A stretch of DNA of 34,184 nucleotides from a bacterium (lineage in GTDB: Bacteria; RUG730), in the NCBI GenBank assembly GCA_031551405.1, contig JAVBNQ010000004.1:1-34184 (forward strand). Direction: 5' to 3'. Position 1 is the first letter of the stretch; the number at the start of each line of letters is the position of its first letter. Below the pieces are notes generated by a model, which had not been told where the DNA came from, searched no databases, and worked only from the letters and a program-made list of their open reading frames with translations. The translations under genes were made by a program, and so were the position numbers. Below are positions 18,359-26,635 of the stretch, one piece after another.

Positions 18359-18861
18359 ATTTCACACTTATTCTCGCTTTCAAATCTCATTATTTTTTTC
18401 ATTATATCGATTTTTTCAAAATCCGGCAAAGGTCTTCCCTCGATCTTAATGTTTTTATTTGAGATTGCTCGGAAATATTCTAGATCTTGAACGTCTATAG
18501 ACATAAACTCCAGTATTTGTATTTTACCGTCGCTAAAATGCATACCACCAACGTTAATTGATTCTATTTGCAGACCGCCGTCAATTAGTAAAAACGCATC
18601 TTTTGGCGAGTCAACCAAAATCATAATTTTTTTATTTTTCACATTTTCTGAGTTATATTTTTGCAAAACTTCCGGTATATCACCGACAAATAATTCGATT
18701 CTCGAAGGAACAGCCATTTCCATCAAAGTTTTCTGCAGGAAATCACCAGCTATTCTCTCGTTTGCGACCCAAATCGCAGCAATATCAAGCTTCGAAATCC
18801 AACCTTCCACGACTTGCCCATGAATCAATCGGTCATCTATTCGTAATACTTCTATCGACAT
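18355..18861 (-). CDS. Mannose/sorbose-class PTS IIB component
   Basis: RIDDRLIHGQVV phospho-His motif; INVGGMH. Confidence 0.93.
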   Translation of the reverse strand: MSIEVLRIDDRLIHGQVVEGWISKLDIAAIWVANERIAGDFLQKTLMEMAVPSRIELFVGDIPEVLQKYNSENVKNKKIMILVDSPKDAFLLIDGGLQIESINVGGMHFSDGKIQILEFMSIDVQDLEYFRAISNKNIKIEGRPLPDFEKIDIMKKIMRFESENKCEI

Positions 18862-18863
18862 AA

Positions 18864-19277
18864 TTAACCTCTGAAAATTAATTTTTTCACGCTTAGAATT
18901 GATTTTTGTCCATCGAGAATTATTTCGTCCACAAAATTTTTAAAGTTTGAGCAATTATCTCTGGAATTTAAAGCTTTTAAAATCATAGTCAAATTTACGC
19001 CGGAGACAATATCAATATTGTCAGATTCTTTCAAAAAAATTGCAGACGCATTTGCCGGAGTTCCGCCGAACATATCGACAAAAATTAAAGTTCCGTCTAG
19101 CTTCTGCCAAGCCTCTGATGTAATTATATTTTTTACTTTTGCAATGGTGCCTTCTTTTCCGTCTGCAGAAAAAACCTCGATAGCTTCAAAAAATTCAAGC
19201 TTTCCGAAAATATTAGCGACGACTTCTTTGATCTCAGTCGCCATTTTTCTATGACAATTTACTATTATCCCTATCAT
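18864..19277 (-). CDS. Mannose-class PTS IIA component
   Basis: MIGIIVNCH (phospho-His), FVDMFGGTPAN, VSGVNLTMIL. Start set at ATG 19277 with GAGGGA upstream. Confidence 0.9.
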   Translation of the reverse strand: MIGIIVNCHRKMATEIKEVVANIFGKLEFFEAIEVFSADGKEGTIAKVKNIITSEAWQKLDGTLIFVDMFGGTPANASAIFLKESDNIDIVSGVNLTMILKALNSRDNCSNFKNFVDEIILDGQKSILSVKKLIFRG

Positions 19278-20268
19278 ATTTTCCCTCAATAACTCTTTTT
19301 ATAACTCTCGCAAGTTTTTTTGGATCGTGACGGGCAAATTTTGCGTTAGTTGAGAGTTCTTCGCCAAATAAATCCTCTCGAATCTTTTTTGTTTTTGACT
19401 CCACAAAATCATCATGAATAAGAAACGAATTCGCTTTTTTGTATTTTTCTAGCAAATCCTGCGGCAAAGCCTTCCCATTAATCAAAATATAGTCAATAAC
19501 GTTTTTCCCAAAATATTTTTCGAGAATTTCCAAATATTTCGAGCTCGTATAACCCGACGTTTCCCCGGGCTGAGACATGACATTACAAACGAAAATTTTC
19601 ACAGCCTTCGAAGTCAAAACAGCATTTCTGATGTCTTCAATTAAAATATTCGAAATAATGCTCGTGTAAAAACTTCCTGGTCCAAAAATTATAACGTCTG
19701 AATCTTTTATTGCGTTTATTGCAATTTGAGCAGCTCTAACGTTATTAGGCTCAAGCCAAATCTCCTCTATTTTCGAAGGACAAGCGCTTATTCTCGTTTC
19801 ACCATAAACAGTTTTTCCATCGGCTTTTTTGGCGACAAGTCTGACCTTTTCAAAAGTTGCAGGAATCACAAGCCCTTTGATAGCTAAAATTTTTCCCGCC
19901 TCGAACAATCCTTTTTCAAAGCTGCCAAAAATTTCCGACATTGCCATAATAAAAAGATTTCCAAAACTATGCCCGCTAATTTCACTTTTTCCGCCAAATC
20001 TGTACGAGAACAATTTTGACATCAAATTTTCTTCCTTTGCGAGCGACACGAGACAATTACGAATGTCTCCTGGCGGCAGAATCCCAAATTCTTTGCTCAG
20101 TCTTCCGGAGCTTCCGCCGTCGTCAGTAACGTTTACGATTGCTGAGATGTTATCGTTATACTTTTTGAGTCCGAGCAAAAGCGACGAGAGTCCAGTTCCT
20201 CCTCCGATGACAACAATTTTTTGATCACGTATTTTTGTTTTCTTTAACGAAAGAAATTTTTTTATCAT
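19249..20268 (-). CDS. yvcK: YvcK/GlmR (UPF0052, CofD-like) UDP-GlcNAc-binding gluconeogenesis factor
   Basis: IGGGTGLS, DDGGSSGRL, PPGDIRNCL, GHSFGNL, GPGSFYTSI, QPGET, RHDP. Confidence 0.93.
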   Translation of the reverse strand: MIKKFLSLKKTKIRDQKIVVIGGGTGLSSLLLGLKKYNDNISAIVNVTDDGGSSGRLSKEFGILPPGDIRNCLVSLAKEENLMSKLFSYRFGGKSEISGHSFGNLFIMAMSEIFGSFEKGLFEAGKILAIKGLVIPATFEKVRLVAKKADGKTVYGETRISACPSKIEEIWLEPNNVRAAQIAINAIKDSDVIIFGPGSFYTSIISNILIEDIRNAVLTSKAVKIFVCNVMSQPGETSGYTSSKYLEILEKYFGKNVIDYILINGKALPQDLLEKYKKANSFLIHDDFVESKTKKIREDLFGEELSTNAKFARHDPKKLARVIKRVIEGKYDRDNSKLS

Positions 20269-21143
20269 TTTGTGATATCTCTATGAAAAACGCCGACAGA
20301 ATAATTTTTATCATGAAAATATTGTCTGAGTCTGTTTATGATAGCGACGGAACGATGTTTTCCGCCGGTGCAACCAATCGCAATAGTTAAATAAGACTTT
20401 CCTTCCTTCTCGAACTGAGGCATCAAAAAATTAAGCAAATCTTCCAGTTTTTTCAAAAAAACACCTGTTTCTTCTTGTGAAAAAATGAATTCCTCGATCG
20501 GTTTTTCGTTACCGGTAAAAATTTTGATTTTGTCTATATAGAAAGGATTTGGCAAAAAACGCACGTCAAAAAGCATGTCAACGTCAATCGGAACGCCAAA
20601 CTTGAAACCAAAAGAAATGAGATTTATCATAAGCGAAGTGTTTTTTTTAGAAGTTTTGTTGGTTGTTACAAATTTCTTGATTATATCTTTTAACTCGTTT
20701 GTGGAAAGTTTTGAGGTATTTATGACTTTGTCAGCTTTAAGCCTTATATTCTCGAGGAGTTTTTTTTCTTTTGCAATATTTTTGGCTAGTAAATTTTGGT
20801 TATCTCCGCCGAGCGGATGTTTACGCCGCGTCTCACTGAATCTCGCAATCAAGACTTCATCAGCAGCTTCCAAAAATAAAACTTTAAACTTGTATTTTTT
20901 CGTCTCTAAAAAATCCATAATTTTTGAAAAAGTTTTTAAAAAATCTTTTTCGCGGATATCAATTCCAAATCCAAGTTTTGTGATATTTTTATCAATACTA
21001 GTAAATTTTTCTATTATATCCGGAATGAAAGTCATAGGCAAATTATCGACGCAAAAGAAACCAATATCTTCGAGACACCGTATTGCAATATTTTTTCCTG
21101 CTCCGGAAATCCCGGTAATTAAGACGATTTCTTCGTATTTCAT
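20265..21143 (-). CDS. rapZ: RNase adapter RapZ/YvcJ P-loop protein
   Basis: TGISGAGKN, LEDIGFFCVDNLP, RFSETRRKHPL, SFGFKFGVP, DVRFLPNPFY, IGCTGGKHRSV. Confidence 0.95.
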   Translation of the reverse strand: MKYEEIVLITGISGAGKNIAIRCLEDIGFFCVDNLPMTFIPDIIEKFTSIDKNITKLGFGIDIREKDFLKTFSKIMDFLETKKYKFKVLFLEAADEVLIARFSETRRKHPLGGDNQNLLAKNIAKEKKLLENIRLKADKVINTSKLSTNELKDIIKKFVTTNKTSKKNTSLMINLISFGFKFGVPIDVDMLFDVRFLPNPFYIDKIKIFTGNEKPIEEFIFSQEETGVFLKKLEDLLNFLMPQFEKEGKSYLTIAIGCTGGKHRSVAIINRLRQYFHDKNYSVGVFHRDITK

Positions 21144-22099
21144 TATTTACTCGGTTTTTCTTTTAAATTTTTTTCCAGTTTTGCGTTCAAACTATAATTC
21201 AATTCTTTTAAAGTGTCGTAACCTTGATTTTTTAAACGATGTTTCATGGTCGCAACCTCGATAAGTCCGGCTAAATTTCTACCGGGTTTTACCGGCAAAA
21301 TTATTTTTGGCACTTCGATACCGAGTATGTTTTCGTAAAAAATCGGAGCACCTACGCGATCATAAGTTTTTTTCGTATCCCATTCCTCTAGTTGAACGAC
21401 AAAATCTATGTTCGTTTTATCAAGAGTACTGCTCACCCCAAACAAATGTTTGATATTTATTATCCCGAGCCCTCGAATTTCCATGTGAAATTCCAAAAAA
21501 TCATTTGAAAACCCACTCAGGATTCCACCGGGTTTTTTTTTGATATTTACAATGTCATCAGAAACTAATTGATGCCCTTTTTTGATTAAATCTAAAGCGC
21601 ACTCGCTTTTTCCAATTCCGCTATTCCCCGTCAAGATGACTCCAAGCCCGTAAATCCCCAACAAAACTCCGTGAATTGAAATTCTTGGCGCAATTTCTTC
21701 CTCGAGATAAGCAACAATTTCTCTCACAAAATCTGAAGTTTGAAGATGAGTTCTAAAGACCGGAACGTCGAATTTTATACATTCTTCTAATACTTCGGCC
21801 GGCGGCGTCAGACCATTTGTAATAATAAAACATGGAATATCAAATTTGGTCAGTATATTTAAAATACTTTGCCTAATATTTTCACTCTTCAGATTGCCTA
21901 AAAAATATGTCTCGACATTTCCAAGGATTTGTATTCTATTGTAGGCAAAATGATCCAAATAACCGGCAAAAGCAAGTCCCGTTCTATTTATATCAGCTAT
22001 CGTGATATGCTGGTCCAATTTACAAGCTTTTGTAAGAAGTTCAAGCTTTAGTATTTCCTTTTTTTTATTATAAAGCTCACCTAGTCTTATTCCTATCAT
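21143..22099 (-). CDS. hprK: HPr kinase/phosphorylase
   Basis: RIQILG, HGVLL, GNSGIGKSECALDL, LVSDD, MEIRGLGII, PVKPGRNLA. Confidence 0.96.
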   Translation of the reverse strand: MIGIRLGELYNKKKEILKLELLTKACKLDQHITIADINRTGLAFAGYLDHFAYNRIQILGNVETYFLGNLKSENIRQSILNILTKFDIPCFIITNGLTPPAEVLEECIKFDVPVFRTHLQTSDFVREIVAYLEEEIAPRISIHGVLLGIYGLGVILTGNSGIGKSECALDLIKKGHQLVSDDIVNIKKKPGGILSGFSNDFLEFHMEIRGLGIINIKHLFGVSSTLDKTNIDFVVQLEEWDTKKTYDRVGAPIFYENILGIEVPKIILPVKPGRNLAGLIEVATMKHRLKNQGYDTLKELNYSLNAKLEKNLKEKPSK

Positions 22100-22127
22100 C
22101 TAAACCTCTTAAGGCTTTTTTGGGAAA

Positions 22128-22583
22128 TTATTCTTCTTCTTGTTTTATTGTGTTAATTATCTCATCTACAGACGTCATTTCTTTAAGCGGCTCTCTAAAA
22201 TATTTGTCTTTTAAAAGTTGTGACGCTTTTGCCAATAATTTCAAATGTTTTCCTGATGAGCTGCTCGGAGCCAAAAACATAAAAACGATATAAACAGGTT
22301 CTCCGTCTAATGAATCGAAATTAATTCCTTTTTTGGAAATACCGAGTGCAGCGCAAACATCGCCTAGAGAATCGATTTTTGCGTGAGGAATCGCGATTCC
22401 TTGTCCTATTCCGGTAGTGCCAAGAGCCTCCCTCTCCATCAAAACTTCTAATGCCTGAGCACTATCAGTAATTTTCCCATCCTTTTGCAACAAATCAATT
22501 AATTCTGCCATAGCGTCTTTTTTGTTAACGCTCTCCAGAGAAACTTTCACAGTGTTTTTTGATAAATAATCAGTGATATTCAT
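22128..22583 (-). CDS. ptsN: PTS IIA (Ntr/fructose-type), PtsN-like
   Basis: REALGTTGIGQGIAIPHAK, FDSLDGEPV, HLKLLA; AGGAGG RBS; alternative GTG start at 22586. Confidence 0.9.
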   Translation of the reverse strand: MNITDYLSKNTVKVSLESVNKKDAMAELIDLLQKDGKITDSAQALEVLMEREALGTTGIGQGIAIPHAKIDSLGDVCAALGISKKGINFDSLDGEPVYIVFMFLAPSSSSGKHLKLLAKASQLLKDKYFREPLKEMTSVDEIINTIKQEEE

Positions 22584-22598
22584 CACTCCTCCTTTAAG

Positions 22599-23108
22599 TT
22601 AAGCCTCTATTATTTCTATAGTACTTTCATTTTTTTTAAGAGCAACCGCAAGTTTGTTGGTGTTTGCGTCGATGTAAATCACCATTTTATTGCTAGATTC
22701 ATTAAGTTTGTCCGCAGCTTCAAAGTGAGTCATTTTATCGAGAGATTCTTGAGACTTGTATTCCAATGAATAATGCGGAACCAAATCTTTTTCTGTTACA
22801 ATCTCGATTGACTTTGGATGCGAGTGATTTTTGACCTTTGCTTTCAATTTTGCCATTTGAAGTAGCATTTTGTCGAGTATTAGATTAATTAATTCCTGAA
22901 TATTTTCGCTCTTTTTCTTTATCACAAAATCCTTGTGCATAGCTTTTAACATCAATTCCATTTCATAAACTAATTTTTCTTCTTTAATAGTCAAAAAAAC
23001 TTTATCGAGATGCATATGAAATTTTTCCAGAGCCGCTAATTTCTTTTTGATGTAATCTAAATCTTTTTTACCGATTTTGCAATTTCTAGCAGTAATTTTT
23101 AATTTCAT
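22599..23108 (-). CDS. hpf: Ribosome hibernation promoting factor (long HPF/RaiA family), divergent
   Basis: MKLKITARN...YIKKKL..LEKF N-terminal pattern, QMAKLKAK, C-terminal MTHFEAA...IEIIE; canonical position before ptsN-hprK-rapZ. Confidence 0.78.
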   Translation of the reverse strand: MKLKITARNCKIGKKDLDYIKKKLAALEKFHMHLDKVFLTIKEEKLVYEMELMLKAMHKDFVIKKKSENIQELINLILDKMLLQMAKLKAKVKNHSHPKSIEIVTEKDLVPHYSLEYKSQESLDKMTHFEAADKLNESSNKMVIYIDANTNKLAVALKKNESTIEIIEA

Positions 23109-23148
23109 TTTCTACTCCTACGAATAATTTTTATTAATAATTTAAAAA

Positions 23149-23475
23149 CTATGAACTAACAATTTTCGGTGAATAATTTTTTGCCTCGTTGTCGTCTGCG
23201 ATCATATACGAAATAATCGTGACTCTGTCGCCAATCATTCCTTTTCTCGCAGCAGGACCAAATAATTTTATAGCTTTTGATCCTCGAGGAGCTGCAACAA
23301 CATAAGTTTCCAGTCTTTCGCCATTATTCAAATTCAAAACTTGAACTTTTTCCCCTATCAAAAGATCAGCTTTTTCGATCCAATCTTCATCTATTCCGAT
23401 GCTGCCTCGATATTCCAAATTCGTATCAGTTATCGAAACTTTTTCTATTTTTGACTTTAGCATATGTCTGAACAT
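23149..23475 (-). CDS. panD: Aspartate 1-decarboxylase proenzyme (pyruvoyl)
   Basis: KSKI, Y-x-G24/S25-I cleavage site, NGERLETYV, GPAAR, GDRVTIISY. Confidence 0.9.
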   Translation of the reverse strand: MFRHMLKSKIEKVSITDTNLEYRGSIGIDEDWIEKADLLIGEKVQVLNLNNGERLETYVVAAPRGSKAIKLFGPAARKGMIGDRVTIISYMIADDNEAKNYSPKIVSS

Positions 23476-23514
23476 TAAAACTCTCCTGAAATTTTAGTTA
23501 ATTCTATTTTTACT

Positions 23515-25005
23515 TTAAACTTTTTTAGTTTCAATTTTTTTAGTAATACAAAATATTGCAAGAGGAAATAAAAAAATTATTATAACTCGAATAAAAAGAA
23601 TAATATTAAAATAAGGATATATTTTTAAAACTATGTCCGGCAATTTATTAGTGACATTAAATAAAAAAGCAGCTAAATATAAAAAATACAAAAAACATCC
23701 TTTAAAAATAACGACGAAATATTGAATAGGATGAAGAAATATCATCTTCCAAATTTCAAGTTGATATGTCAGATTTATCCAACCATCAGTTTTTTGCACT
23801 AATGAAAGAGCATTGTTTCCTTCAAAACTTAGTAATGATAAAATCGGAAAAATGGCTAATAACATCAAAAAAAATTTAACTTTGGGCTTTTCCCAATTTT
23901 TTTGAATAAAATCTGTAAAAGGAATAATCATAACAGGAATTAATGAAAATAAAAAATATCTATAACCATACCAACAGCCTTGAATTGTCCCAACCCAAAT
24001 AATATTTAAAAATATATTTAAAACAATTGGACATAAAATGTAAACTAAACGCCTTTTTAACTCGCCTTTGTAAAAAAATAACCATACAAATCCGAGTAAA
24101 ACAAACGGTGCTGTAAATATTAACCCAAAATCTATTCCAAAAACTATGTGTAAAAATTTTTTTGCGCATATTACTGGCGAAATAAAATTTATAAAAGTAT
24201 TTGAAACATAAGCTTCCTTTGCTCCATAAAACAACATTGGAAAAATTTTAAACAAAAAAATTAAAAATCCTGAGACTAAATAAACTATGAATAAATTTTT
24301 TATATTTTGTTTAAAAACGAATTTTTCTTCTTTAAAACATAAAAGAATGATTGGCCACATCAAGCTAAATAAAAAATTATTATATCTTACAAGAGTTATT
24401 AGTCCAGTTATAAGTCCCAGCAAAACCAAGTATTTGAAAGATAGCTTTGGATTTTTAAGTAAAAAATATACGCAAAAACTCTGTAAAGCAAACTCGTAAA
24501 TATGAGAAAAAACAGATCGTCTGAAAATATATAATCCCAATATTTGAAAAATTAACATTAACAAAAGTGAGATAAATGTAATCTTTTCACCATAATGCAA
24601 AGATAGCCCTTTGTAAAGAAAAATCATTGCTAAATAAAAATAAAGCATGGTTGCCAGGACAAAACCAAACCCTGCCCAGCTTTTTGTATTAACTTCTCTT
24701 GTCCTTTTTTCAAAAATCGAAGGATTTAAAAGTCTATCAATTTGCGCTCCCAAAAACACAAAAGGACTAGCCATTAATCCTAGTCCAATACTATGCAATG
24801 GGACGTTACCTTTGCTGGCATAAGCTGTCGGGACATACTCTTTTTCATAATTTGGAAACTGTCCAAACGCAATTGACGCAGCATGAGAAAAATAGCTGTC
24901 ATCATCGCCAGCATAAAAAAGCCCGGTTTCTTGCAAATGATACGGCCGTAATAAAAAAAATCCTAGAAACATCATAGACAAAAACAGATATTTCAAATAT
25001 CGCAT
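23515..25005 (-). CDS. Polytopic membrane protein, probable GT-C-fold glycosyltransferase
   Basis: About a dozen hydrophobic segments; acidic first-loop motif GDDDSYFSHAASIAF; LVRYNN; WYGYRYF. Start uncertain (25005, 25017 or 25026). Confidence 0.6.
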   Translation of the reverse strand: MRYLKYLFLSMMFLGFFLLRPYHLQETGLFYAGDDDSYFSHAASIAFGQFPNYEKEYVPTAYASKGNVPLHSIGLGLMASPFVFLGAQIDRLLNPSIFEKRTREVNTKSWAGFGFVLATMLYFYLAMIFLYKGLSLHYGEKITFISLLLMLIFQILGLYIFRRSVFSHIYEFALQSFCVYFLLKNPKLSFKYLVLLGLITGLITLVRYNNFLFSLMWPIILLCFKEEKFVFKQNIKNLFIVYLVSGFLIFLFKIFPMLFYGAKEAYVSNTFINFISPVICAKKFLHIVFGIDFGLIFTAPFVLLGFVWLFFYKGELKRRLVYILCPIVLNIFLNIIWVGTIQGCWYGYRYFLFSLIPVMIIPFTDFIQKNWEKPKVKFFLMLLAIFPILSLLSFEGNNALSLVQKTDGWINLTYQLEIWKMIFLHPIQYFVVIFKGCFLYFLYLAAFLFNVTNKLPDIVLKIYPYFNIILFIRVIIIFLFPLAIFCITKKIETKKV

Positions 25006-25006
25006 T

Positions 25007-25297
25007 TTAAGTAACATAATCCACAACTTTTCTTTCTAAAACTATTTCTTTCAAAAATTCGCCGACTTTTTTATGAAGCGAATGATTTTGATATACTTCC
25101 AAATCTTTTTCATTCTCAAAAACCGAATACAAAACTACGTCAAAAGCATTATTGGATTTTTCTATATTTTTACCAATTTCCAATTCTTTTATAACATCAA
25201 GATTAGTCTTTAAATCCTCAAATTTTTCTTTCAAAATTTTGATATTTTGATCTTTATTTTCGTCTTTTAATTTCCACATTACAATATGTTTTAACAT
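25007..25297 (-). CDS. Dabb family stress-responsive alpha/beta-barrel protein
   Basis: MLKHIVMWKLK, FDVVLYSVF, YQNHSLHKKV, RKVVDY. Start set at ATG 25297. Confidence 0.9.
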   Translation of the reverse strand: MLKHIVMWKLKDENKDQNIKILKEKFEDLKTNLDVIKELEIGKNIEKSNNAFDVVLYSVFENEKDLEVYQNHSLHKKVGEFLKEIVLERKVVDYVT

Positions 25298-25487
25298 TTT
25301 AACCTTGCAGGGCACAGGCAATATTTTTTGTTTCTCTGCCTGGACAAATTTTTTAGTAAATTTTTTGTCTCTGCAAAATATTTAGCCGTATGCAATACTT
25401 GCACGACTCGCAATATTTCACCGCTTTGAGAAAAACTCAATATCGCCACAGACTTGATCCGCAATCTCCTTCAGTGAGTATTATTTT

Positions 25488-26585
25488 TTAAACATTAAAC
25501 AAAAATTCTACGACGTCTCCATCTCGCATTACATAATCTCTTCCTTCCTGACGCAAAAGTCCTTCTTCTTTGGCTTTTTTTAGCCCGTCACATTTTGCAA
25601 AATCTTCGAACGAAATCACGTTTGCTCTGATAAATCCTCGCTCAAAATCCGTGTGAATCACGCCAGCTGCTTTTGGAGCTGTGTCGCCCTTTTTTATCGT
25701 CCAAGCTCTAGTTTCTTTTTCTCCAGACGTAAAATAAGTCTGCAAACCCAAAAGGTTAAAACATTTTTTTGCAATAACGTCGAGCCCGGATTCTTTTATC
25801 CCTAAAGCTTCCAAATATTCTTTTTTTTCACTCAGCTCAAGTTTTGAAATTTCTTCTTCTATTTTTGCGCAAATAACCGTAAATTCATCACCGTTTTTAT
25901 TCGCAAAATCTTGAATCTCATCAGCCAAATTATTTGGTTTTCCAATCATTTCTTCGTTAATATTCGCTACATAAATCACTTTTTTCAGAGTCAAAAAATT
26001 GTATTCTTTGACAGCTTCCAATTCTTCTTCGCTCAAATTCAAACTGCGAATATTTTTTTCCTGTTCTAACTGTTTTTTTATTTTATCCAAAACTTCAAAT
26101 TTATGTTTTAAAGTTGCGTCGCCTGTCACTTTTGCTTTTTTCTCGATATTTAAAACGGCTTTTTCAGCGACTTCCATATCTGAAAGCATGAGCTCCAAAT
26201 TTATGGTTTCTATATCGCTAATCGGATCAATTTTGTTTGAAACATGCACGATATTTTCGTCTTCAAAAGCCCTCACAACGTGCATAATCGCAGAAACTTC
26301 TCTTATGTTCGACAAAAATTTATTGCCAAGTCCTTCGCCTTTTGAAGCGCCTTTGACGAGACCTGCGATATCGACAAACTTTATCGTTGAATAAATTATG
26401 TCTTTGCTTTTTGTAATGCTCGACAAAATTTCGAGCCTTTCGTCTTTTACAGCGACGATTCCTGTGTTCGGCTCAATCGTGCAAAAGGGATAATTCGCAG
26501 CTTCTGCTCCGGCATTCGTTATTGCGTTAAAAAGCGTTGATTTTCCGACATTTGGCAAACCTACAATTCCTATTGATAAAGACAT
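25488..26585 (-). CDS. ychF: Redox-regulated ATPase YchF (Obg family)
   Basis: GIVGLPNVGKSTLFNA, ANYPFCTIEPN, DIAGLVKGASKGEGLGNKFL, AAGVIHTDFERGFIRA, DGDVVEFLFNV. Confidence 0.98.
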   Translation of the reverse strand: MSLSIGIVGLPNVGKSTLFNAITNAGAEAANYPFCTIEPNTGIVAVKDERLEILSSITKSKDIIYSTIKFVDIAGLVKGASKGEGLGNKFLSNIREVSAIMHVVRAFEDENIVHVSNKIDPISDIETINLELMLSDMEVAEKAVLNIEKKAKVTGDATLKHKFEVLDKIKKQLEQEKNIRSLNLSEEELEAVKEYNFLTLKKVIYVANINEEMIGKPNNLADEIQDFANKNGDEFTVICAKIEEEISKLELSEKKEYLEALGIKESGLDVIAKKCFNLLGLQTYFTSGEKETRAWTIKKGDTAPKAAGVIHTDFERGFIRANVISFEDFAKCDGLKKAKEEGLLRQEGRDYVMRDGDVVEFLFNV

Positions 26586-26635
26586 TTTTTCTCCAATTTC
26601 TATTGATTCTTCAAAAATTTAACAAAATTTATTTA

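Noticed and set aside
25291-25464. 57-codon TTG-started minus-strand ORF between ychF and the Dabb gene
   Set aside because: The SD-like AAGGAG is too close to the start, there are no recognisable motifs, and RNA structure explains the region better.
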